A stretch of 32,000 nt of DNA from Geotalea daltonii FRC-32 (GTDB lineage Bacteria; Desulfobacterota; Desulfuromonadia; Geobacterales; Geobacteraceae). Shown here one piece after another: positions 24,703 through 32,000 of the stretch. Each line of letters begins with the position of its first letter. The stretch's first letter is position 1. The translations under genes and the position numbers were made by a program. Below the pieces are notes generated by a model. That model saw nothing but the letters and a program-made list of their open reading frames with translations. It searched no databases and was not told where the DNA came from. The DNA is taken from positions 120,001 through 152,000 of the forward strand of contig NC_011979.1 in NCBI RefSeq assembly GCF_000022265.1, written 5' to 3'.

Positions 24703-25154
24703 TTCTTTGACCCTCCTTCCTGTACCGGTGCGGGCTTATAGTTGGGATGGCTCTTGCGATAAGCTGCCAGTTCTTTCAGGTATTTAACGATGCCGTCAAG
24801 CTCCTTTGGGCTCACTTCCGACAGTCGGAAGGCCGGCATGGCCTTAATACCGAACCGCACATTGTTCCGGATGAACTGCTCGTGCAGTGGGTTGCCGGTT
24901 TTGGACAGCATATCGAACATCCCCATCGGGCCGATCTGCACCCCTTCCTTGTGGCACATGAAGCAGTACATGCCAAAGACGTAGGGCATTTTCGGCGGTT
25001 CCTGTGCCTGGGCGGCTCTTCCCGGCAACATGCCGACCAATATCGCCCCTATGATGATCAGTAAATTAGAAATTGTTTTCTGCGTTTTTTGCGCAGTAAA
25101 AGATTTCGTCAATGCACTTATCCTGTTTATCAGGGCCAGATTTTTTCCGTTCAT
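24699..25154 (-). CDS. pcmG: Monohaem c-type cytochrome, PCMH beta-subunit-like, with a long N-terminal signal/anchor
   Basis: Single CFMCH haem site, distal AMPAF Met, hydrophobic segment ISNLLIIIGAILVGML..AAQA. Start placed at 25154 behind GAGGAG; the ORF also allows 25202. Confidence 0.75.
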   Translation of the reverse strand: MNGKNLALINRISALTKSFTAQKTQKTISNLLIIIGAILVGMLPGRAAQAQEPPKMPYVFGMYCFMCHKEGVQIGPMGMFDMLSKTGNPLHEQFIRNNVRFGIKAMPAFRLSEVSPKELDGIVKYLKELAAYRKSHPNYKPAPVQEGGSKK

Positions 25155-25204
25155 TTCGCTCACTCCTCTTTGTAAGGTCTTCCCGGTGCCAAGGATCGGC
25201 AAAG

Positions 25205-26131
25205 CTACTCGCTACTCTCTTCATCCTCCGAAGAACTGTATAACTCGGCTTCGGGGAGGGTGACGTCCACCTTGGGTGCAACAAAGTCCGCCTTCACCTT
25301 GGGGGTATACTGTCGCTGCAGATTTCGCTGGTTGAGGCTGAGTACATAGCTGGACAGCCACTCTATCTGCTGGTTGTTCATGGCATAGGTGCGCATGGGG
25401 GAACCGGGGCTGACCTTCTGCGGGTCTTTGAAGTGCTCGATGACCCAGATCTGTTTCGAGTGCTTCCCTTCAAGGTTCTCGAAGGAGAAGTTGCTGGGGT
25501 CCTTGTCGGCAAAGTTGCTCAGGTCGGGGCCTATGGCGCCCCCCTGTCCGTCGATCTGGTGACAACCGGCGCAATGCATCTCCTTATAGAGTTCCCGTCC
25601 CTTGATCAGCTTGTTTGCGCCAATGGCCTCGAAATCCTTGTGACAGTAGCCGCAGCGTGACTGCATCAGCTCCTTGGGCACCATGGGGAACGGCCAATTG
25701 GCAATGGTTCTGTGGGAGGCGCCATCATAGGTTGTCGCCAGCCCCTGTCCGCCATGACATATGGTGCAGCCGTACTTTTCCACCGGATGGTTCTTGAGCA
25801 GCTCCGGATAAGGGTGGGTCCTGAGGGGGAGAGCCGCATCGGTAAAGAGGGGATCTTCTATGCCCATATGGCAGCTCATGCACCGGTCGGTCGTCTTCCA
25901 CTCGTCGATAACGACCTGCTTTACCTCCGGTTCCATGCCGGCAATCCGGTCATAGAAAGAGGGATTGCGCTCCCGGTTCATCTTTTTCAGGAGCAGTTCC
26001 TTGTATTCGGCCTGATAATCCTTCCATTCCCTCTTTCCGTCGCGGAAGGCAGTTACCCCCAGAAGGGCAATTGCTGCAAATCCGCAGATGACACAGAGTA
26101 AGGTGAGTTTGCGTAAGACTGCCTTTTCCAT
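25205..26131 (-). CDS. pcmF: Membrane-anchored tetrahaem c-type cytochrome
   Basis: Four CXXCH motifs (CMSCH, CTICH, CGYCH, CAGCH). N-terminal TM helix LTLLCVICGFAAIALLGVTAF. GGAGGA RBS. Confidence 0.8.
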   Translation of the reverse strand: MEKAVLRKLTLLCVICGFAAIALLGVTAFRDGKREWKDYQAEYKELLLKKMNRERNPSFYDRIAGMEPEVKQVVIDEWKTTDRCMSCHMGIEDPLFTDAALPLRTHPYPELLKNHPVEKYGCTICHGGQGLATTYDGASHRTIANWPFPMVPKELMQSRCGYCHKDFEAIGANKLIKGRELYKEMHCAGCHQIDGQGGAIGPDLSNFADKDPSNFSFENLEGKHSKQIWVIEHFKDPQKVSPGSPMRTYAMNNQQIEWLSSYVLSLNQRNLQRQYTPKVKADFVAPKVDVTLPEAELYSSSEDEESSE

Positions 26132-26145
26132 TCTATCCTCCGTCC

Positions 26146-26664
26146 TCAGACTACGAGTTTGGTCCGTTTCTGGTTCACCTTGGACGTATCCACCACGAGA
26201 GTTCCTGTGTTATCCATATACACTTCGTACCAGGGAAGATCCTTGGGTGCGGGGCCCCCCAGGACCTCTCCCTTGAGAGCGAAGGTGGAGCCGTGACAGG
26301 GACAGGCATAGCCCACCTCCGAATCGTTCAATACAGGTTTCAACAGGCATCCCAGGTGGGTACAGACCAGGGAAACGGCGTGGACGCCATCCTTTTCCCT
26401 GACTATCTCAATGCCTCGTCCCTCGATGACCGTTCGGCTGCCGAAGGGAAACTTGTTCAACTCACCAACCTTGAAGGTTCTCGACGGTTCATACAGCACA
26501 TTGGGCTTGAAGAAGCGGCCCAGCTGGAGAACAGATCCACCGATCCCCAGCACCAGCGTTGTTAAGGTGAGTTTTTTGACAAAGCCCCTGCGATTCTCGT
26601 CAACCGCCTCGTCCGAGGCTTTAAGGGGCAAAATCGTAACATTTGAGTTGTTTCCCAATTCCAT
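26146..26664 (-). CDS. pcmE: Rieske [2Fe-2S] protein
   Basis: CTHLGC and CPCHGS boxes. N-terminal NRRGFVKKLTLTTLVLGIGG Tat-type signal anchor. Confidence 0.85.
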   Translation of the reverse strand: MELGNNSNVTILPLKASDEAVDENRRGFVKKLTLTTLVLGIGGSVLQLGRFFKPNVLYEPSRTFKVGELNKFPFGSRTVIEGRGIEIVREKDGVHAVSLVCTHLGCLLKPVLNDSEVGYACPCHGSTFALKGEVLGGPAPKDLPWYEVYMDNTGTLVVDTSKVNQKRTKLVV

Positions 26665-26705
26665 ATCAGTTCTCCTTTAAAGGGGATGGTAGTTTCAACC
26701 TGCCA

Positions 26706-27227
26706 TTACGACCAGGGCCAGTGCATAACCCAGTTCGGTCCCCGGACGTACTGGCCGATGATGATCAGAACGACCATGGCAACGACAAAAACGGTAAATA
26801 AAAGGTTGGCCAGCTTGCGATCCCGGGAGAACCAGACACCGGTACCCTTGGGATTCCTGTCCAGATAGGGGAGCAGCAGCAGGCCCACTACGATGCCGAT
26901 GGGCACCACGATCCCGCCGAGAAAGGCCGAATAGCTGACCAGTTCCTGGATACCGACGAAATACCAGGGCGCCTTGGCCGGATTGGTCGAGTGCAGCGGA
27001 TTGGCCGCTTCTTCAAGGGGGGCGTTGAAGAGCAGCGAGACGCCGAGAATGACGACCAACACCACCAGGAAGAGCAGAAGCTCGCGCACCAACAGGTGGG
27101 GCCAGGTCTGCACCGTATCTTCAGGGCCTCTTTCCACGTGGAAGGATTCCCCCTCCACAATTGCCATCAGGGAATAGGTCTTATTGGTGTCTTTTGGAAA
27201 AATCTCTTCTTTTTTAATTGCTTGCAT
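26706..27227 (-). CDS. pcmD: Cytochrome b C-terminal domain protein (b6f subunit IV-like)
   Basis: AKAPWYFVGIQELV (a PEWY-like motif) and three predicted TM segments. Directly follows the cytochrome b6-like gene. Confidence 0.75.
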   Translation of the reverse strand: MQAIKKEEIFPKDTNKTYSLMAIVEGESFHVERGPEDTVQTWPHLLVRELLLFLVVLVVILGVSLLFNAPLEEAANPLHSTNPAKAPWYFVGIQELVSYSAFLGGIVVPIGIVVGLLLLPYLDRNPKGTGVWFSRDRKLANLLFTVFVVAMVVLIIIGQYVRGPNWVMHWPWS

Positions 27228-27250
27228 GGTTTGCCTCCTCAGTTCTTTCG

Positions 27251-28003
27251 CTAGTCTTCAAGCTGGCTCGGCGGACGGGACAACCCTCCATCCTTGCGAA
27301 TCCTCCAGAAATGAACTCCCACCAGCACCGCCGCAATCAGGGGCAGCACCGCAACATGAAGTACGTAAAATCGCAAGAGCGCCATCTGACCCACCTCATT
27401 GCCACCCAGCATGAGGAAGCGAACTTTGTCGCCGATCCAGGGCATGTAGGAGGCGATGTTCGAGCCGACGGTAACAGCCCAGAAGGCCAGCTGGTCCCAG
27501 GGAAGCAGGTAACCGGTGAAACTCAGGAAGAGCGTTACGATCAGCAGGCAGACGCCGATCACCCAGTTGAACTCACGGGGAGCCTTATAGGCACCGGTGT
27601 AAAAGACCCGGCACATGTGCAGGAAGGCCAGGGCGACCATGGCATGGGCCGACCAGCGGTGCACATTGCGCAATACCACGCCGAAGGAGACCACGTATTC
27701 CAGATCCTTCATGTTCTGGTAGGCGAGCTCCGTGGACGGGGTGTAATAGAACATCACCAGGATCCCGGAAAGGACCAGAATGAGAAAAAGGTAAAAGGAG
27801 ATCAGCCCGAGCCCCAGGGTATAACCGGGGCGCAGGGCGTTCACATGCACCCTTACCGGATGAAGATGGAGAAAGACGTTGCCGAATACGTTGGCGGCCT
27901 GTTCCTGCTCCGGGGTTCCCGCTTCACGCCGGACGAAGGATTCCTTGATGTTTTTCGGCAGGTGCTTGATAGAGTCCATAATGCTGTAGGTCGATTCGCT
28001 CAT
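27251..28003 (-). CDS. pcmC: Cytochrome b N-terminal domain protein (b6-like, dihaem)
   Basis: Conserved His pairs in [12 protein letters not shown] and [13 protein letters not shown]. Four TM helices. Confidence 0.8.
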   Translation of the reverse strand: MSESTYSIMDSIKHLPKNIKESFVRREAGTPEQEQAANVFGNVFLHLHPVRVHVNALRPGYTLGLGLISFYLFLILVLSGILVMFYYTPSTELAYQNMKDLEYVVSFGVVLRNVHRWSAHAMVALAFLHMCRVFYTGAYKAPREFNWVIGVCLLIVTLFLSFTGYLLPWDQLAFWAVTVGSNIASYMPWIGDKVRFLMLGGNEVGQMALLRFYVLHVAVLPLIAAVLVGVHFWRIRKDGGLSRPPSQLED

Positions 28004-28050
28004 GATCTTCTCCCGCTAAAATCCCCATGGGGGGAGTTGTATTAAAACCG

Positions 28051-29892
28051 TTATTCCCATTCCTCTTGACAGTAAAACTCGGCCATGGTTATCGCTCCTC
28101 CGGGACAGCGGCGGGCGCACATGCCGCAGCTGGCACAGCGGCTGTCGTCCTTGATGATGGCCGTCATCCCTTTCTTGCCGGATGACTTCTCCAGGGCGTC
28201 GGTCAGCTTCTCCAGATTGCCGTCCCCCTGAATATCCGCCAGCCGGACCAGCCTCAGTGCCCCATTGACACAGGTATCGACGCAGGTCCCGCAACGGAGG
28301 CAGCGGGAGCGGTCAAAGACCGTCTGGATACTGCACTGCCGGCATCGGGCAGCCTGCTGACGTGCCTGTTCTTCGGCAAAGCCGAGGGTGATCTCTTCCT
28401 GGGTCCTGATCCGTTCGCCCGCTTCCCGTTTCGGCACCTTGACCGAGGCGATGGTCTCACAGCGGGTATTCTGAAAATCCGGGGCCACCGTCCGCATGTA
28501 TGCTTTCTTTCTGACCTGCAGATCTTTGCCGCTCAGGTAACCGTGGATGGCGCGAGCCGCCTTCTGCCCGTCTGCAATGGCATCGGTGGCATTCCTGCCG
28601 AAACGCCAGCGGTCATCTCCCCCGGCAAAGACTCCGGGCAGGTTGGTCGACAGGTCGTCATTGGCCCGGATCAGGCCGTTTGGCGTCAGCTCCAGACCCT
28701 CCATGCCGGAGAGGGAGGGAAGGGTGGAGGACTGTCCCACCGCCAGGATTACTGTGTCGGCCAGAAGGATGGTCGTGCTGTCCGGAACAAAGGTGGGATT
28801 GAACTTGCCTTCCGCATCGAATACCGAGCTTACCTTGAGAAACTCCACCCCGGTCGCGCGCCCCTCTTGTCCCACCACCCGTTGCGGTCCCAGGGACGGA
28901 TAAAAGGTGATTCCCTCTTCCTGGGCATCTTCCTTGTCCGAAAGGCTGGCAGGCATCGTTTCCCATGATTCCAGGCAGGCGATGGCCACTTGTATCGCCC
29001 CTTGGCGCAGGGCATGCTGGGCACAGTCGATGGCCACCCCGCCGCCGCCGATGACCACGCAACTCTTCCCCATGGTCATCTGGCCATGGTCACGCACATA
29101 ATCGATACCGGTGTAGACACCCTTTAATTCAGAGCCTTCAAGGGCAAGCTTCAGGGGGTCCTGGAGACCGATGGTGATGAAGATGGAGTCGTAGCCCTGT
29201 TGCCGGAGGTCGGCCAGGGATACGCCCCTGCCGATGGGGCTATTGAGCTTCAGCTCCACCCCAAGCTTCAGGATCGCCTCGATCTCCTCCATGACGATCT
29301 CCTTGGGCAGGCGGAAACCGGGGATGCCGGTCATCAGCTGGCCGCCGGGTTGCGGGGCGGCCTCGAAAATCGTCACCCGGTAACCGAGCAGGGCCAGGTC
29401 ATGGGCAGCCGACAGGCCTGCCGGGCCGGAGCCAACGATGGCGACCCGCGGAGAAAGCTTCGTGTCCCCCGTTTTCTCCTTGGCCTTCTGCAGCCACCTT
29501 GACATGGTCAGGATATTGTTGCCGGTTCGGTCGCTCATCCATTCATCCCACTGGGAGAACTCATCGAGCCGTTCGGCGACAGCAGCGGGTGAGGCCACGC
29601 CATGCCGGTCGCAGGCAAAACGCTTCAGTGCCCGGATATCCACCGGGCTTCCCTCTGCCCCTTTCCGGCAGTTCTTTTCGCATGGAGCAGTGCAGACCCT
29701 GCTGCAGACAGAGACCAGGGGGTTGGTCTGCCTGGCAATGAGGAAGGCCTTCTCGTAATCACCTTCGGTAATGGCTCTGACGTACCTCTTGGTATCGGTT
29801 CCCAAAGGACAGGCGCTTTGACAGGCCGTCAAGGCCTGATAATCCTCGATCCCTAGAATCTTTACCTGATACTTGCCGTTGAGGTTTCCCAT
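28051..29892 (-). CDS. GltD-like NAD(P)H-dependent FeS flavoprotein oxidoreductase with a C-terminal 2x[4Fe-4S] ferredoxin domain
   Basis: GltD-type N-terminal Cys motifs (CQSACPLG, VCSRVCTAPCEKNC). Dinucleotide folds VAIVGSGPAGLSAA and VVIGGGGVAIDCA. CLRCGTCVDTC and CASCGMCARRCP. No TM segment or signal. Probably pcmB. Confidence 0.75.
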   Translation of the reverse strand: MGNLNGKYQVKILGIEDYQALTACQSACPLGTDTKRYVRAITEGDYEKAFLIARQTNPLVSVCSRVCTAPCEKNCRKGAEGSPVDIRALKRFACDRHGVASPAAVAERLDEFSQWDEWMSDRTGNNILTMSRWLQKAKEKTGDTKLSPRVAIVGSGPAGLSAAHDLALLGYRVTIFEAAPQPGGQLMTGIPGFRLPKEIVMEEIEAILKLGVELKLNSPIGRGVSLADLRQQGYDSIFITIGLQDPLKLALEGSELKGVYTGIDYVRDHGQMTMGKSCVVIGGGGVAIDCAQHALRQGAIQVAIACLESWETMPASLSDKEDAQEEGITFYPSLGPQRVVGQEGRATGVEFLKVSSVFDAEGKFNPTFVPDSTTILLADTVILAVGQSSTLPSLSGMEGLELTPNGLIRANDDLSTNLPGVFAGGDDRWRFGRNATDAIADGQKAARAIHGYLSGKDLQVRKKAYMRTVAPDFQNTRCETIASVKVPKREAGERIRTQEEITLGFAEEQARQQAARCRQCSIQTVFDRSRCLRCGTCVDTCVNGALRLVRLADIQGDGNLEKLTDALEKSSGKKGMTAIIKDDSRCASCGMCARRCPGGAITMAEFYCQEEWE

Positions 29893-29922
29893 GTTCTTCT
29901 CCTCCTCTACTCTTACCTGGAG

Positions 29923-31173
29923 CTACGCGGCTGTCGGTTTCAGGGTTCTTTTCAAAAACAGGGACAGTAAAACGCCGATCATGGACGCTATGGAGATCAT
30001 GCTGATCGCCAGATAGAAATTGCCTGATTTGCTGATGCTCATGCCGCCCAGGTATAGGCCCGCCGCACCGCCGAAGGTGCCGAAGCCGAACCACCAGCCG
30101 ATCATCCTGCCGACAATGCCGGGGGGATAGTTCATGGCGATGAATGCGCTGATCGATGGGCCCATGAAGGGGATGCCCCAGCCGACAACGAGAAGGCAGA
30201 GTGCCAGGACTGTGATGCTTTTGGAGACCGCCGGCAGGAGAATGACGATGACGCAGGCGGAGATGAGAAAACCGATGATCGCGGCCAGTCGCGAATTTCC
30301 CTTGGCCACCTTGTCGAAAAAAAGACCGCCGAAAATGGTGGCGAACAGCCCGATGATGGTGACGGCAATGGAGAGCTTGCCGGACATGGCAGCCCCGAGG
30401 CCGAGTCCCATCGGGGCATCGGCCGCCAGGTAAGGAGGAACAAGGTTGTAAAGACCGTACATCGCCCAGGCGTTGCAGAAGACGATCAGGGACCCCAGCC
30501 AGGTAATGGGGCAGGCAAGGGCATCCATAAAACTCATTGAGGTGGGAGGGGTGTCGGAGGAGGAAATGGCTTCTTCAGTGCTGATTTGTGGAGGATTTTT
30601 CCGGGTGGCAATGATAGCGAGAAGGATTGCCGCCCAGCCGGGAATTCCCAGGGTGAAGATCGTTTTTTCCCAGCTTCCTGTCATTCCGAGAACCGCTGGA
30701 GATGCAAAAACACCGATTGCACAGCCCAGGGAGATTGAGCCGATCAGCAGGCCGCTGGCCATTCCGTGTTCCCTGGGATGAAACCAGAGGGCAAGAATAG
30801 GCCCGATGGTGGCGAAGACAAATCCAACCGATGCCCCTTGAACAAGCCGGGCCATCATCACCGCCGCATAATTGCCGCCTATCCATGGAATGATTGCCGT
30901 CGGCAGGGTTGAGCACAAAAGACCAAGGACAAGGGCTGTCGTGATGCCGAATTTGTCGCAGACAACCCCGCCCCAAATGAGAACGCAGGCCACGGATAAG
31001 ACAAAACCCATCATGAGATTGGTGGCGGCGCCCATTTCAATAGTGAGTTTTTTTGCAATCTCTCCCAGTATTGGGGCATAGGCAATCATGTCCATGTAAA
31101 TCGTGCAGATGGCCAGGCATCCCGCCAACAACACAAGCCATCTATAACTGGAATGCTTTTCGACAATTCCCAT
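29923..31173 (-). CDS. Major facilitator superfamily transporter
   Basis: 416 aa, hydrophobic throughout, consistent with about 12 TM helices. First gene downstream of the sigma54-type promoter. Probably pcmA. Confidence 0.75.
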   Translation of the reverse strand: MGIVEKHSSYRWLVLLAGCLAICTIYMDMIAYAPILGEIAKKLTIEMGAATNLMMGFVLSVACVLIWGGVVCDKFGITTALVLGLLCSTLPTAIIPWIGGNYAAVMMARLVQGASVGFVFATIGPILALWFHPREHGMASGLLIGSISLGCAIGVFASPAVLGMTGSWEKTIFTLGIPGWAAILLAIIATRKNPPQISTEEAISSSDTPPTSMSFMDALACPITWLGSLIVFCNAWAMYGLYNLVPPYLAADAPMGLGLGAAMSGKLSIAVTIIGLFATIFGGLFFDKVAKGNSRLAAIIGFLISACVIVILLPAVSKSITVLALCLLVVGWGIPFMGPSISAFIAMNYPPGIVGRMIGWWFGFGTFGGAAGLYLGGMSISKSGNFYLAISMISIASMIGVLLSLFLKRTLKPTAA

Positions 31174-31283
31174 GCTTCACCTCGGTTTGTTGATTGTTTT
31201 GCAAAGTTCCATTTAATTTATTAAAACATCGTTCTTTTAATTTTGTCGATTTGATCAAACCTTTGCGAGTTTGTTGTTATAAA

Positions 31284-31299
31284 AGCACGGCATATGCCA
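31284..31299 (-). promoter_or_regulatory. Sigma54 (-24/-12) promoter candidate for the MFS/pcm operon
   Basis: The minus strand reads TGGCAT-ATGCC-GTGCT, with GG and GC separated by exactly 10 nt. About 110 nt upstream of the ATG at 31173. A XylR/DmpR-type activator gene is divergent. Confidence 0.55.
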
Positions 31300-31463
31300 A
31301 AACAGTGTTGTATTATTTGTGACAATGTGGCAACCAGCTGAAAATATTAAGTTTACTTGTCTAAAAGAGGAAAAATGGGAGGCAGGTGGGCTCTGGCAAA
31401 TGGAGGGCGGACTAAAGAATTTTTGATCATTTGGTGAATTATGCTGATGAGGGGGGAATGTTT

Positions 31464-31481
31464 TTTTACCAATTGGTAAAA
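31464..31481. promoter_or_regulatory. Candidate enhancer (UAS) palindrome
   Basis: Perfect 18-bp palindrome TTTTACCAATTGGTAAAA about 170 nt upstream of the -24 element. A third TGGTAAA half-site at 31497-31503. Confidence 0.4.
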
Positions 31482-31690
31482 CCGGGCTGGTTCCCATGGT
31501 AAACCGTTGCCGTGGCCTCGTGAATTTTTCTCCCTTGCAAGGAGATAGTTGGCAATGTAATATAACAATGTTACTTTAAATATAGCAGCCGTCCTTGACA
31601 AAAAACGGGCTAATGTGCCGGCCTGCGGTGCTGTCGGTCTTCTGCCAGGACCTTTTCCGATAATAAAAAAACATAGTTATAGGATGAGCT

Positions 31691-32000
31691 ATGTACAAGC
31701 AAAGCGGCAAAACCAGAACTGTCAGCGACACTAATACCGGCGACCTGCGTGCGCGTTTGCGTTTTTGTGCCGAAACCGGCCAGATTTGGCTGCATGAACA
31801 TCGCATGCTTCTCGTTCATGCTGAAGCCCAGGCCTCGCTGCGGCGGGAATTGATCGATACACTCGGCATGGACCGGGCGCGGGGGCTTTTGACTCGCATG
31901 GGCTATGCGGCAGGGATGCGTGACTTTGAACTGGCCCGTACACGTCCCGGGAGCGACGGCGATGTGGAAGCATTCATGGCTGGTCCGGAACTGCACATGC
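31691..32000 (+). CDS. Sigma54-dependent transcriptional activator, XylR/DmpR-type aromatic-sensing N-terminal domain (3' end beyond the window)
   Basis: Not in the ORF track because it runs off the window end. My translation from the ATG at 31691: MYKQSGKTRTVSDTNTGDLRARLRFCAETGQIWLHEHRMLLVHAEAQASLRRELIDTLGMDRARGLLTRMGYAAGMRDFELAR... This matches the XylR_N 'activator of aromatic catabolism' domain. Confidence 0.75.
   Translation, partial: MYKQSGKTRTVSDTNTGDLRARLRFCAETGQIWLHEHRMLLVHAEAQASLRRELIDTLGMDRARGLLTRMGYAAGMRDFELARTRPGSDGDVEAFMAGPELHM

Noticed and set aside
25155-25202. Longer start (ATG at 25202) for the monohaem cytochrome c.
   Set aside because: The strong GAGGAG RBS lies inside this extension, 8 nt upstream of the ATG at 25154. 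The longer form cannot be excluded without N-terminal data.
31255-31996. Several 76-128-aa minus-strand ORFs in the control region and opposite the regulator gene.
   Set aside because: They overlap each other and the well-supported XylR_N-type plus-strand ORF. They lie in an AT-rich regulatory region, and their translations are low-complexity.
1-32000. Searched by eye for CRISPR arrays, tRNA/rRNA genes, IS or transposase and integrase genes, toxin-antitoxin or defence-type genes, and in-frame TGA (selenocysteine) interruptions.
   Set aside because: No regularly spaced repeat-spacer array, no tRNA-like cloverleaf region and no recombinase-like ORF was found. All called genes are uninterrupted, so nothing suggests recoding. 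This was an unaided visual scan, so small ncRNAs could have been missed.

Overview
GC-rich, gene-dense window. I found no rRNA, tRNA, CRISPR array, transposase or integrase. It holds two convergent catabolic modules that meet at about 6.9-7.1 kb.

(1) Plus strand, 1-6892: a benzoyl-CoA lower-pathway / beta-oxidation-like set. It comprises EtfB and EtfA, a Zn-dependent dehydrogenase resembling 6-hydroxycyclohex-1-ene-1-carbonyl-CoA dehydrogenase, a crotonase resembling cyclohexa-1,5-diene-1-carbonyl-CoA hydratase, an SDR, a thiolase and an amidohydrolase_2-type enzyme.

(2) Minus strand, 31173-7108: one long co-directional block whose first gene follows a sigma54-type promoter, beside a divergent XylR/DmpR-type activator gene. 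In transcription order it contains:
- an MFS transporter
- a GltD-like FeS flavoprotein
- a split cytochrome b6 / subunit IV / Rieske complex and a tetrahaem cytochrome c
- the p-cresol methylhydroxylase (PCMH) genes: a monohaem cytochrome c, a small twin-arginine-signal protein and two tandem flavoprotein paralogues
- an outer-membrane channel, a butyrate kinase and an SDR
- an aldehyde:ferredoxin oxidoreductase (AOR) with MoaD-like and ThiF-like partners
- TatA and a MarR regulator
- a three-subunit xanthine-dehydrogenase-family enzyme (4-hydroxybenzoyl-CoA reductase-like) followed by XdhC, YqeB, YqeC and MocA

From memory, with no database access, this looks like the anaerobic p-cresol (pcm) cluster and adjacent bam genes of Geobacter metallireducens or a very close relative. 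The flavoprotein Tyr falls at residue 394, which is the position I recall as published for that organism. The core pathway is therefore probably already described.

The points I consider least explained are:
- the YqeB/YqeC selenium-hydroxylase markers attached to the reductase
- the Rieske/b6 + GltD-like module wired to PCMH
- the twin-arginine escort-like protein
- the Tyr-to-Asp flavoprotein paralogue
- several strongly structured intergenic repeats
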